Below are positions 1-7,730 of a stretch of 24,000 nt of DNA, one piece after another. Each line of letters starts with the position of its first letter. Within the stretch, counting starts at the first letter, position 1. This DNA is from Nodosilinea sp. LEGE 07088 (GTDB lineage: Bacteria > Cyanobacteriota > Cyanobacteriia > Phormidesmidales > Phormidesmidaceae). The translations under genes and the position numbers were made by a program. The notes under the pieces are model-generated. The model was given only the letters and a program-made list of their open reading frames with translations, searched no databases and was not told the origin of the DNA. The stretch lies in the NCBI RefSeq assembly GCF_015207395.1, contig NZ_JADEWX010000057.1, positions 7,235-31,234 on the forward strand, read 5' to 3'.

Positions 1-50
1 CCTAATCAAAACAGGACAGGAAAGCAGGATCGGATCCCCCAAGGGGACGT

Positions 51-601
51 TTAGCTCTGATGGTCTGCGCCATCTAGGGCGAGGGGCGAGGGGGGAATGG
101 GGGGCCAGCGCAGATCCCACAGGGCCCAGGTGGCGATCGCCAGCAGCAGCGCAATAGCGATCGTTCGCCCCGGCAGCCACAGCGGGCTGCTCGACCAGAT
201 CAGCTGGGGGCCACCCTCCCCGGCGATAAACCGCTGAATTTGGTCGCGCAGGGCGGTGGCGGAGAGGGGGGTGCGCACCTCGGCCAGGGTGACCTGCCGC
301 CCCGGGCCTAGCAGGGTGAGGCGGTGGCAAAACCGCACACCGCCCCGGGGGGTGTTATCGCACAGCGCTGAGCTCATGGCCACATCCTGAAGCGCAAAGG
401 GGCGCCGCGCCTGGGGTAGCCAGGCCCAGGGCAGGGCGGCGTGGCCTGGCAGTAGACCTGCCCCGGCCCGGCGCGATCGCAGCTGACGGCCAGGGGGCCA
501 GGCATGCTCACCCCCCACAGCCCTAGCAGGAGCGCGCTGATAAGCACCACAATCGGCACGCGCCGTAAGCTGGGGCCCCATTTGTCGAGTAGTGCTGCCA
601 T
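51..601 (-). CDS. Hypothetical membrane protein split over two reading frames (ORFs 374..601 and 51..581). Either a frameshifted gene or two coupled small genes overlapping in ATGA at 374-377.
   Basis: The 374..601 frame looks protein-like only at its N-terminus (TM helix VPIVVLISALLLGLWGV, then LAVSCDRAGPGQVYCQ). The 51..581 frame looks protein-like only from about ALPWAWLPQARRPFALQDV onward and ends in a TM helix (TIAIALLLAIATWALW). The remaining parts of both frames are Arg/Pro/Gly-rich, as expected for off-frame GC-rich translation. Confidence 0.35.
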
Positions 602-769
602 GGTGGTTAACCAGTCTATTGGGGATCGATGTCTTTTATCCTGCCATAGGGGCTTAGCTCCGGGATGACCCTTGCACTGCCGGGCAGATTAAGGCATGCT
701 CAGCCATAGTTTGAGTGGCCCTGGCGGCCCGTCTGCATCCCCCTCGATTGTTTACCAAAGCACCGCACC

Positions 770-1453
770 ATGGGCAAGCATATTGTGATCACGGGCGTCA
801 GTCGTGGCCTGGGCCGGGCCATGGTCGATGGCTTTATCGCCGCTGGCCATACCGTCTCGGGCTGTGCCCGCAGCGCCGATGCCGTGGCCCAGCTGGCAGC
901 CCAGTACCCCGCGCCCCATCAATTTACGGCAATGGATATTCGCGATGACGCGGCGGTAGCGGCCTGGGCTCAGGCGGCGATCGCCGCCAACGGCCTGCCC
1001 GACCTGGTGATCAACAACGCTGGCCTGGTCAACCACCCGGCCCCCCTGTGGGCGGTGCCCGCTGAGGAGTGCGACGCCGTCATTGCCGTCAACCTCAACG
1101 GCACCTGCCATGTCATTCGCCACTTTGCCCCGCCCATGGTTGAGCAGCGATCGGGCATTTTTGTCAACTTTAGCTCCGGCTGGGGGCGCTCGACGTCGCC
1201 TGGCGTGGCTCCCTACTGCGCCACCAAGTGGGGGGTAGAAGGGCTGACCCAGTCCCTCTCCCAGGATTTACCCCCCGGCATGGCGGCGGTAGCTCTCAAC
1301 CCCGGCATTATTCACACCGATATGCTGGTGACCTGCTACGGCGACGATGCCGCCGCCTACACTCCCATTGCCACCTGGGCCAAGGCGGCGGTGCCCTACA
1401 TTTTGAGCCTTCATCCGGGGGACAATGGCCGGGCTTTGACTGTGCCGGGATGA
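770..1453 (+). CDS. Short-chain dehydrogenase/reductase (SDR) family oxidoreductase
   Basis: N-terminal Rossmann motif ITGVSRGLG, NNAG motif (VINNAGL), catalytic Ser (FSSGWG) and YxxxK (YCATK). 227 aa, typical SDR length. Confidence 0.85.
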   Translation: MGKHIVITGVSRGLGRAMVDGFIAAGHTVSGCARSADAVAQLAAQYPAPHQFTAMDIRDDAAVAAWAQAAIAANGLPDLVINNAGLVNHPAPLWAVPAEECDAVIAVNLNGTCHVIRHFAPPMVEQRSGIFVNFSSGWGRSTSPGVAPYCATKWGVEGLTQSLSQDLPPGMAAVALNPGIIHTDMLVTCYGDDAAAYTPIATWAKAAVPYILSLHPGDNGRALTVPG

Positions 1454-2088
1454 GGGGGAGAGGGGGAGGGTGGGGCAGAGAGGGAGGAGCTTGCCCCGAT
1501 CGCAGCTGAGGGAGACTTTTTGTTGATCAAAACGGGGGTGGCGCTTTCGGGCTTACCCGCCATCGAGATAGCCGCGCAGCCGAGCTTGTAGGCAAACTCT
1601 ACGGGGCGTCCAGCCCCGAGGGCGTCGTAAAAGCCGACGGCAAACTCGATCGCGGCTCGATCGCCGATCGCTTTGGTCATGCCCACCACGTAGGGCACAT
1701 GTTCGGCGATCGCCTCGGCCTGCACCGCTGAGTAACACCCGTTCAGCACCACGCAGTGAACTGGGTCGGGGTTACTGGCTGGGTCGGCAAATAGCTCAAA
1801 CAATTCGGCCAGGGCGGCTCCAGAGACCAGCTTGGCCTGCCCTATGTCATCTTCAAACACCAGCCCCTCAGCCTCTTCGCCGTGGCCCGAGAAAGGGACG
1901 ATCTGCGGGGTTTCTTCGAGCATGGCTCGCTGAATATCGCGGGGGCGCACCGCTAGCCGCTGGGTGAGGGTGAACTGGTCGCGCTGCTGCGATCGCTTCA
2001 GTCCCGCTTCGATATCGCGCAGTTCTTCGTCGAGGCGCAGGCGGCTGGTGTGTTTGGGGTTGGCCGCGAGAATCAGGATTTTTGGCAT
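1411..2088 (-). CDS. Stand-alone CHAT/caspase-like domain protein. This module is usually seen at the N-terminus of cyanobacterial NACHT/WD40-type proteins.
   Basis: KILILAANP...RLRLDEELRDI, a His in FSGHG and a Cys in VVLNGCYS (His/Cys dyad arrangement), then AIEFAVGFYDALGAG. No NTPase or repeat domain follows. A low-complexity Ser/Pro tail overlaps the convergent SDR gene by 43 nt. Confidence 0.6.
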   Translation of the reverse strand: MPKILILAANPKHTSRLRLDEELRDIEAGLKRSQQRDQFTLTQRLAVRPRDIQRAMLEETPQIVPFSGHGEEAEGLVFEDDIGQAKLVSGAALAELFELFADPASNPDPVHCVVLNGCYSAVQAEAIAEHVPYVVGMTKAIGDRAAIEFAVGFYDALGAGRPVEFAYKLGCAAISMAGKPESATPVLINKKSPSAAIGASSSLSAPPSPSPPHPGTVKARPLSPG

Positions 2089-2255
2089 GGCGAGGGCGGG
2101 GCGGTTTCTCTAACTATAGTCTCAGCCCTCAAAATGGCAAAAATAGCCCCATCTTTCACCTCCAGCCACCGTAGGATGGGCAAAGGGCTTTACCCGTGCC
2201 CATCAGATCCCATCACCCGCGATGGGCAGGCTTCGCTTTGCCCATCCTACCTGGG

Positions 2256-3068
2256 TTAACTGTGCCAAAATTGGCGAAAGTCTTCGTCCTGGTCGCTGAG
2301 CTGAGCCCAGGGGGCACCCCACTGGCGCACAATCTCCGCCAGCCTCGCGCAGGCGGGCCGCTCGGTGGCGTAGTGGCCCGCGTCGATCAGTACCAGGTTG
2401 CGATCGCGCCCTTCCTGAAACTGATGAAACTTGCAGTCGGAGGTCAGGTAGGCCTGGGCTCCGGTCTGGGCCACGGCCCCCATAAAGCTAGCGCCGCTGC
2501 CGCCCAGCACCGCCACTCGACTAATGGTTTGGGCCAGGTCAGCGGCGGGGGAATAGATCAGGTTGGGCGGCGAGAGCTTGGTCTGAATTAAATTCAGCAA
2601 ATCCTGCAAACTCAGGGCAGGGCTGAGATCGCCTACCCGCCCGTAGCCAATGTCGAGTTGGGTGGGCACCACGGGTTCAGGGTTTTGCAATTGCAGCACC
2701 TGGGCCAGCAGGTCGGCAGTGCCATCCTGCACCTGGTCGAAGTTGGTGTGGGCGGTGTAGATGCCGATGCTGTGGGCGATCGCCTGGCACACCATATCCC
2801 CCACCGGGTCGCCCGCCACCACAGTCTTGAGCGGGCTAAAGATCAGCGGATGGTGGGCCAAAATCAGGTTTACGTTCACCCCCTGCTGCCGCAGCGCCAG
2901 CGCCTCAGCCATCACAGCCAGGGTAGGGGTCAGACACACCAGCACATGGGCGGGTTGTTCCAGCACCCCCGGCTGTACCTGCCAGCCGCAGTTGTCCCAG
3001 CTTTCTTGCCAGGTGGGGTTGGCCCAGGCTTCGAGTTTAGAGATCAGATCGGCGATCGCAAGTGCCAT
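2256..3068 (-). CDS. NIF3-family (YbgI-like) dinuclear metal-centre protein
   Basis: WDNCGWQV near the N-terminus, LILAHHPLIF, YTAHTNFD, and C-terminal DAGHYATE. About 270 aa, typical of the family. Confidence 0.8.
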   Translation of the reverse strand: MALAIADLISKLEAWANPTWQESWDNCGWQVQPGVLEQPAHVLVCLTPTLAVMAEALALRQQGVNVNLILAHHPLIFSPLKTVVAGDPVGDMVCQAIAHSIGIYTAHTNFDQVQDGTADLLAQVLQLQNPEPVVPTQLDIGYGRVGDLSPALSLQDLLNLIQTKLSPPNLIYSPAADLAQTISRVAVLGGSGASFMGAVAQTGAQAYLTSDCKFHQFQEGRDRNLVLIDAGHYATERPACARLAEIVRQWGAPWAQLSDQDEDFRQFWHS

Positions 3069-3192
3069 AGAAAAACCGCTGGCCAGGGTAGCTCAGGCTA
3101 AAGGAAAACCTCCCTAGTCTAGCGTGCTACCTCTGACCAACGGCCTAGAGAACGTCTGTTGAATAACAAGTGCTCTCGGCGATTACCGCAAA

Positions 3193-3543
3193 TTACGGAG
3201 TCACCTGGCTGAGAGCGTCTTTGATTTGATCGATCGGCGAGGTGGCTTGTTTGGAGTTTTCGGGGTAGTTCATCTGGCTGACATCGGCATCTTTCTGCAC
3301 TTCGTTAAGCCCTTTGTTGGCCCGGTCAATCACCCGATCGCCCTTGAGCGCATTCTCGGGCTGCACAGATTTCTCGGCCTCATTGTACACACCGTCGAGT
3401 TTGGCCGTGCCCTGATCGGGCTGGCTGGGGGTACTGCCGATGGCCAGGGCCGCAGGGCTAGCCATCGACAGCATTAGAATGCAGGAAAGAGCGATCGCCA
3501 GGTTACGCACCCAGGTCGCCACGGCAGCAAATACAGGCTTCAT
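3193..3543 (-). CDS. Small secreted or lumenal hypothetical protein (116 aa from MKPVF...)
   Basis: The internal ATG at 3543 gives a classical signal peptide (MKPVFAAVATWVRNLAIALSCILMLSMASPAALA), followed by a hydrophilic Asp/Lys/Gln-rich mature part. No family recognised. Confidence 0.5.
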   Translation of the reverse strand: MKPVFAAVATWVRNLAIALSCILMLSMASPAALAIGSTPSQPDQGTAKLDGVYNEAEKSVQPENALKGDRVIDRANKGLNEVQKDADVSQMNYPENSKQATSPIDQIKDALSQVTP

Positions 3544-3757
3544 AGTAGTCTCCAAAATCGGGCAAGAAAGCGACCCCAGCAACTGGGAACTGCACAGAGC
3601 GCCCGGTTGCTAAGACTCTTTTGTTTTACCGATTTAGACCTTGCGCCTATATCATCTGATGGACAGAGAAGTAGGGCAGAGATTTTGGCCAAGGCCCTAT
3701 GCCTTTGGGTAGGGAAGTGACTCTATTGGCCTACGCGGCTGGTTGGAGATTATGTCC

Positions 3758-5662
3758 CTAGCCAGCCTTCACCAAAAACTTCTCAGGAATCTCGGTGTAC
3801 TGCCTCACAATTTGCCGAAACTCATCGCCGTCGATGGTTTCGCGCTCCAGCAGGGCATCCACCAGGTTATCCATTAGGGTGCGGTGCTGGCGCAGCATGG
3901 TGCGGGCGCGGTTGAGGCACGAGAGGGCAATGCCACGCACCTGGGCATCGATCTTGCCGGCCATTTCCTCCGAGACCTCGTTGCGGGGCATCAGGTTGCG
4001 GCCCAAAAATACCTGGTTATCCATGCTTTCGAGGGCCAGGGGGCCAAGCTCAGACATGCCGTAGAGGGTCACCATCTGGCGGGCCAGGTTGCTCACCTGC
4101 TGAATGTCGCCGCTGGCCCCGGTCGAGGTTTCGTCGTCGCCAAACACCTCGGCCTCGGCGGCAAAGCCCCCCAAAGCCACGGTAATGCGATCCATCAGCC
4201 AGTTGCGGGTGTAAAGGCCGCTGTCGATGATGTCTTCGTTGGGCAGCGATTGGGTAAAGCCTTCGATGCCGCCCGATCGCGGAATAATGGTGACTTTATT
4301 CAGCTCGTCGGAGTGGGTAAGCAGTGTGGTCAACAGCGCGTGGCCGACCTCGTGGTAAGCGGTCATGCGTTTGCGGCTGCTGTCGAGCAGGGGAGTGAGG
4401 CTGAGGCCGATGGTAACGCGATCGATCGCGTCTTCGATCTCAACCATACCCATGGCCTCTTTGCGGCGGCGGGCGGTGAGAATAGCGGCCTCGTTCAGCA
4501 GGTTGGCCAGCTCGGCTCCAGAGAACCCCGGCGTGCGGCGGGCGACGGCTTCCAGCGACACCTCAGCCTCGATTTTTTTGTCGCGGGCATGCACTTCTAA
4601 AATCGATAACCGCCCCTTGTAGGTCGGCAGGTCAACCACCACCTGGCGGTCAAAGCGGCCCGGACGCAGCAGGGCCAGATCGAGCACATCCACCCGGTTA
4701 GTGGCCGCGATTACAATAATGCCGCTGTTGCCCTCAAACCCATCCATCTCGGTGAGCAACTGGTTGAGGGTTTGCTCCCGCTCATCGTTGCCGCCGCCGA
4801 TGCCGGTACCCCGCTGACGACCTACGGCGTCAATTTCATCGATAAAGACAATACAGGGGGCATTTTCTTTGGCTTTGCGAAACAGGTCGCGCACCCGCGA
4901 CGCGCCCACGCCCACAAACATTTCGACAAATTCAGACCCCGAGATGCTGAAAAAGGGCACGGCGGCTTCGCCTGCGATCGCCTTGGCCAGCAGGGTTTTC
5001 CCCGTCCCCGGTTGGCCAATCAGCAGTACACCTTTGGGAATGCGCGCCCCAATGGCGGTAAATTTCTCTGGGCTTTTGAGGAAAGACACCACCTCTTGGA
5101 GTTCTTCCTTGGCCTCTTCGATACCGGCCACATCGTCAAATACGACGCCGGTTTTGGCCTCCATTTGAAAGCGGGCCTTAGACTTGCCAAAGCTCATGGC
5201 GTTGCCGGCCCCAGAGGCCGATCGCCGCAGCAGCATGAGCAGACCAAAGATGAGAATCAGCGCCAGTAGGGAATTCGTCGCCAGCCAGGCCAGCGCGCCA
5301 CTTCCCGACGAATCGCGAATGTCTACGTCTACGTCGTTGGCGGTCAGGGTGCGAATCAGTTCGGCATTGCCACCCTCAGCGAATAGCATCACCTCCTGGG
5401 GCGGGGCATCTTCGGCAGCACCATCGAGCTGCACGTAGGCAATTCCCCGAGCTTCATCGATTTCAACCGACTCGACCTCGCCTTGCTCAACCTTCTGCAA
5501 AAACTGACCGTAGGTCAACTCATCAGACTCGGCTTGGGCCAGGGCAGGGGGGAGGGGCATTAGGCTCTGCAACAGAAACCAGCCAATGGTCATCAATCCT
5601 GTGGCGGTTGCGCCCGCAGCAGGACGCAGCGAAGATTGCTTACCAGAAAAACGTAGGGTCAT
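3758..5662 (-). CDS. ftsH: ATP-dependent zinc metalloprotease FtsH (divergent paralog)
   Basis: Two N-terminal TM segments, Walker [14 protein letters not shown], Walker [11 protein letters not shown], second region of homology [20 protein letters not shown], and zinc site HEVGHAL. Confidence 0.93.
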   Translation of the reverse strand: MTLRFSGKQSSLRPAAGATATGLMTIGWFLLQSLMPLPPALAQAESDELTYGQFLQKVEQGEVESVEIDEARGIAYVQLDGAAEDAPPQEVMLFAEGGNAELIRTLTANDVDVDIRDSSGSGALAWLATNSLLALILIFGLLMLLRRSASGAGNAMSFGKSKARFQMEAKTGVVFDDVAGIEEAKEELQEVVSFLKSPEKFTAIGARIPKGVLLIGQPGTGKTLLAKAIAGEAAVPFFSISGSEFVEMFVGVGASRVRDLFRKAKENAPCIVFIDEIDAVGRQRGTGIGGGNDEREQTLNQLLTEMDGFEGNSGIIVIAATNRVDVLDLALLRPGRFDRQVVVDLPTYKGRLSILEVHARDKKIEAEVSLEAVARRTPGFSGAELANLLNEAAILTARRRKEAMGMVEIEDAIDRVTIGLSLTPLLDSSRKRMTAYHEVGHALLTTLLTHSDELNKVTIIPRSGGIEGFTQSLPNEDIIDSGLYTRNWLMDRITVALGGFAAEAEVFGDDETSTGASGDIQQVSNLARQMVTLYGMSELGPLALESMDNQVFLGRNLMPRNEVSEEMAGKIDAQVRGIALSCLNRARTMLRQHRTLMDNLVDALLERETIDGDEFRQIVRQYTEIPEKFLVKAG

Positions 5663-5846
5663 AGACGGTTTAACTCAGCGAGACGATACCCAAGATAAGT
5701 GTCCCTAGATACTAGATGGGCTGCTTATTAGTCTAACTCCCCTGCCCTGAAATGACTGCCCTGCCTGGATAGCTTTTGTGTCCTTCAGAAACATGGCTAC
5801 ATGAGCAAGATCCTAGCCTACGGTCTTTGGAACAGTTAACCAAAAG

Positions 5847-5882
5847 CTAGGTCGGGGCAAATCACTGTTCGCGCCGACCTAG
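5847..5882 (-). terminator. Stem-loop terminator candidate downstream of psbA3
   Basis: CTAGGTCGG (5847-5855) pairs with CCGACCTAG (5874-5882), a 9-bp stem. On the minus-strand transcript it is followed by CTTTTGG. It starts 25 nt after the psbA3 stop. Confidence 0.5.
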
Positions 5883-5907
5883 ACATGCACGTGATTTAGA
5901 TGACCGA

Positions 5908-6987
5908 TTAGCTCTGAATTGTCGGGGCCAGATAGGCAACCGGAGTAGCTGGGCCGTTGGCTAAATCGAGGGGAAAGTTATGGGCATTGCGTTCATGCAT
6001 GACCTCAAAGCCCAGATTGGCTCGGTTGATCACGTCAGCCCAGCTGGGCAGCACTCGACCCTGGGAATCTAAAATCGAGTGGTTAAAGTTAAATCCATTT
6101 AGGTTAAAGGCCATGGTGCTAATGCCCAGGGCAACAAACCAAATACAGACTACGGGCCAGGCCGCCAGAAAAAAGTGCAGCCAGCGAGAGTTGTTGAAGC
6201 TAGCGTACTGAAAAATTAGGCGGCCAAAGTAGCCGTGAGCCGCAACAATATTGTAGGTTTCTTCCTCTTGGCCGAACTTGTAGCCGGAGTTTTGAGATTC
6301 ATTGTCGGTGGTTTCTCGAATCAGGCTTGAGGTCACTAAAGACCCATGCATGGCAGAAAACAGAGAACCTCCCAGAACTCCTGCGACCCCCAGCATGTGA
6401 AAGGGATGCATCAAGATATTGTGCTCCGCCTGAAACACAAACATAAAGTTGAACGTGCCGCTAATCCCCATGGGCAATCCATCGGAAAAGCTACCCTGAC
6501 CGATGGGGTAAATCAAAAATACCGAGGTGGTAGCCGCAACGGGGGCACTGTAGGCCACGCAAATCCAGGGGCGCATGCCCAGGCGGTAGCTCAGTTCCCA
6601 CTCTCGGCCCAGATAGCAGAGCAGGGCTGGAATGTAGTGGAAGGCAATCATTTGATAGGGGCCACCGTTGTAGAGCCATTCATCTAGGGTGGCGGCCTCC
6701 CAGATCGGGTAAAAGTGCAGCCCAATGGCGTTAGATGACGGCACCACAGCAGCGGTAATAATGTTGTTGCCGTACAGCAGTGAACCCGACAGGGGCTCGC
6801 GAATGCCGTCGATGTCTACCGGAGGAGCAGCAATAAAGGCGGTGACAAAAACCACCGTTGAAACGCCTAGTAAAGGAATCATCAGCACGCCAAACCAGCC
6901 AATATAAAGCCGATTTTCAATGCTAGTGATCCACTGGCAGAACTGCTCCCAGGTACTGTTGTCCTGGCGTTGGAGAGTTGTAGTCAT
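5908..6987 (-). CDS. psbA3: Photosystem II D1 protein, far-red (FaRLiP) paralog
   Basis: Full-length D1 (MTTTLQRQ...). It retains the Mn4Ca ligand positions: FSDGLPMG (D170), [12 protein letters not shown] (E189/H190) and [15 protein letters not shown] (H332/E333/H337/D342/A344), plus a C-terminal extension. It is embedded in the FaRLiP array. Confidence 0.93.
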   Translation of the reverse strand: MTTTLQRQDNSTWEQFCQWITSIENRLYIGWFGVLMIPLLGVSTVVFVTAFIAAPPVDIDGIREPLSGSLLYGNNIITAAVVPSSNAIGLHFYPIWEAATLDEWLYNGGPYQMIAFHYIPALLCYLGREWELSYRLGMRPWICVAYSAPVAATTSVFLIYPIGQGSFSDGLPMGISGTFNFMFVFQAEHNILMHPFHMLGVAGVLGGSLFSAMHGSLVTSSLIRETTDNESQNSGYKFGQEEETYNIVAAHGYFGRLIFQYASFNNSRWLHFFLAAWPVVCIWFVALGISTMAFNLNGFNFNHSILDSQGRVLPSWADVINRANLGFEVMHERNAHNFPLDLANGPATPVAYLAPTIQS

Positions 6988-7018
6988 AGGTTATAAATGT
7001 GAAATTCGACTCGGTAAC

Positions 7019-7050
7019 ATTGAAGCAAAAGAATATGAAGAACCTGGGAA
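7019..7050 (-). promoter_or_regulatory. Candidate psbA3 promoter: TTCCC-N6-TTCAT, 10-nt spacer, then TTCAAT (gene-sense)
   Basis: The plus strand reads ATTGAA(7019-7024)-N10-ATGAAGAACCTGGGAA(7035-7050). It shares the 11-mer AGGTTCTTCAT with the chlF and apcD5 elements in the same gene-relative orientation. It lies between the hairpin at 7073-7101 and the psbA3 ATG (6987). Confidence 0.45.
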
Positions 7051-7072
7051 AATTCGCCGGTCAGATACAAAT

Positions 7073-7101
7073 GTAGGGGCTTTGCAGTGCAAAGCCCCTA
7101 C
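7073..7101 (-). terminator. Perfect GC-rich palindrome (hairpin) between the 48-codon ORF and psbA3
   Basis: GTAGGGGCTTTGCA-G-TGCAAAGCCCCTAC, a 14-bp stem. A partial third arm, TGCAAAGCCCCTA, follows at 7111-7123. Confidence 0.5.
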
Positions 7102-7130
7102 AACCGGCACTGCAAAGCCCCTATGGTGTT

Positions 7131-7277
7131 CTAGCTGCGATCGCTGGGGTAGGTTCTATACCCGTACCAAATAAAGGCAATGCAGCCCAGGGCAAATACC
7201 AGCAGGCTCAGAAAAATGCCGCTGGCGGTGGCAGAGATTTGGCCTTCACCGTAGGCGAGATAAAAGAGTGGCAGCAT
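7131..7277 (-). CDS. Unlisted 48-aa single-TM protein, a candidate small PSII-associated subunit
   Basis: Hand translation gives MLPLFYLAYGEGQISATASGIFLSLLVFALGCIAFIWYGYRTYPSDRS, with stop TAG at 7131-7133. GAGG lies 6-9 nt upstream of the ATG (7275-7277). It is on the same strand, 60 nt after psbH2 and before psbA3. It is below the ORF-track length cut-off. Confidence 0.5.
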   Translation of the reverse strand: MLPLFYLAYGEGQISATASGIFLSLLVFALGCIAFIWYGYRTYPSDRS

Positions 7278-7337
7278 AGGATTACCTCATTAGATTTTTG
7301 GGTACGCTATTTGCCCGCAGAATTTGCATACAGATGC

Positions 7338-7556
7338 CTAAAATCCTGAAGGCTGATAGGTGTTCGCCCCATCGAGCACAATGGTGCCGTTGTAAAGCTG
7401 CAAAATAATCAGCAGAAACAAAAACAGCATGGCGATCATAAAAACCATAAATGGAGTGGTGCCCCAGCCTGGGGCAACCCGTCCAGCTTCAGCGTTAAAC
7501 CGCCGGAGAAAATACTGGATTGGGGCTACTTTTTTAGGAACAAATTTTTGTTGCAT
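7338..7556 (-). CDS. psbH2: Photosystem II reaction centre protein H, far-red paralog
   Basis: The PsbH core motif VAPGWGTTPFMVFMIAMLFLFLLIILQLYN matches the canonical GWGTTP...FLLIILQIYN. Its position after psbB2 is typical of FaRLiP clusters. Confidence 0.88.
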   Translation of the reverse strand: MQQKFVPKKVAPIQYFLRRFNAEAGRVAPGWGTTPFMVFMIAMLFLFLLIILQLYNGTIVLDGANTYQPSGF

Positions 7557-7605
7557 GGCTCAGGTTTGGTTGGGGGTCAGTCGTCAAAAAGAGTATCCCC
7601 GATTC

Positions 7606-7633
7606 GTAGGGGCATAGCATGCTATGCCCCTAC
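7606..7633 (-). terminator. Perfect 28-nt palindrome between psbB2 and psbH2
   Basis: GTAGGGGCATAGCA|TGCTATGCCCCTAC. It has the same outer arms (GTAGGGGC...GCCCCTAC) as the hairpin at 7073-7101. Confidence 0.5.
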
Positions 7634-7730
7634 GGGGTTCCTAATCGTGAATTGGGGTTTCCACAATCGGATTTCGTATGACTCAGTTGAGAACCTCTAC
7701 AGGTGATCTGATATCAGGCATGACGCAGGC

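Noticed and set aside
3795-5438. Numerous ORFs antisense to or overlapping ftsH. Analogous ORFs lie inside psbA3, psbB2, psbC2, chlF (for example 20694..21377) and psaA2.
   Set aside because: These are typical shadow ORFs of GC-rich coding DNA. Each lies wholly inside a gene with strong homology on the other frame or strand.
7557-7730. Search for a psbT paralog after psbB2, which is the usual psbB-psbT arrangement
   Set aside because: Only a 12-codon ORF is present in the spacer, so there is no PsbT-like peptide.
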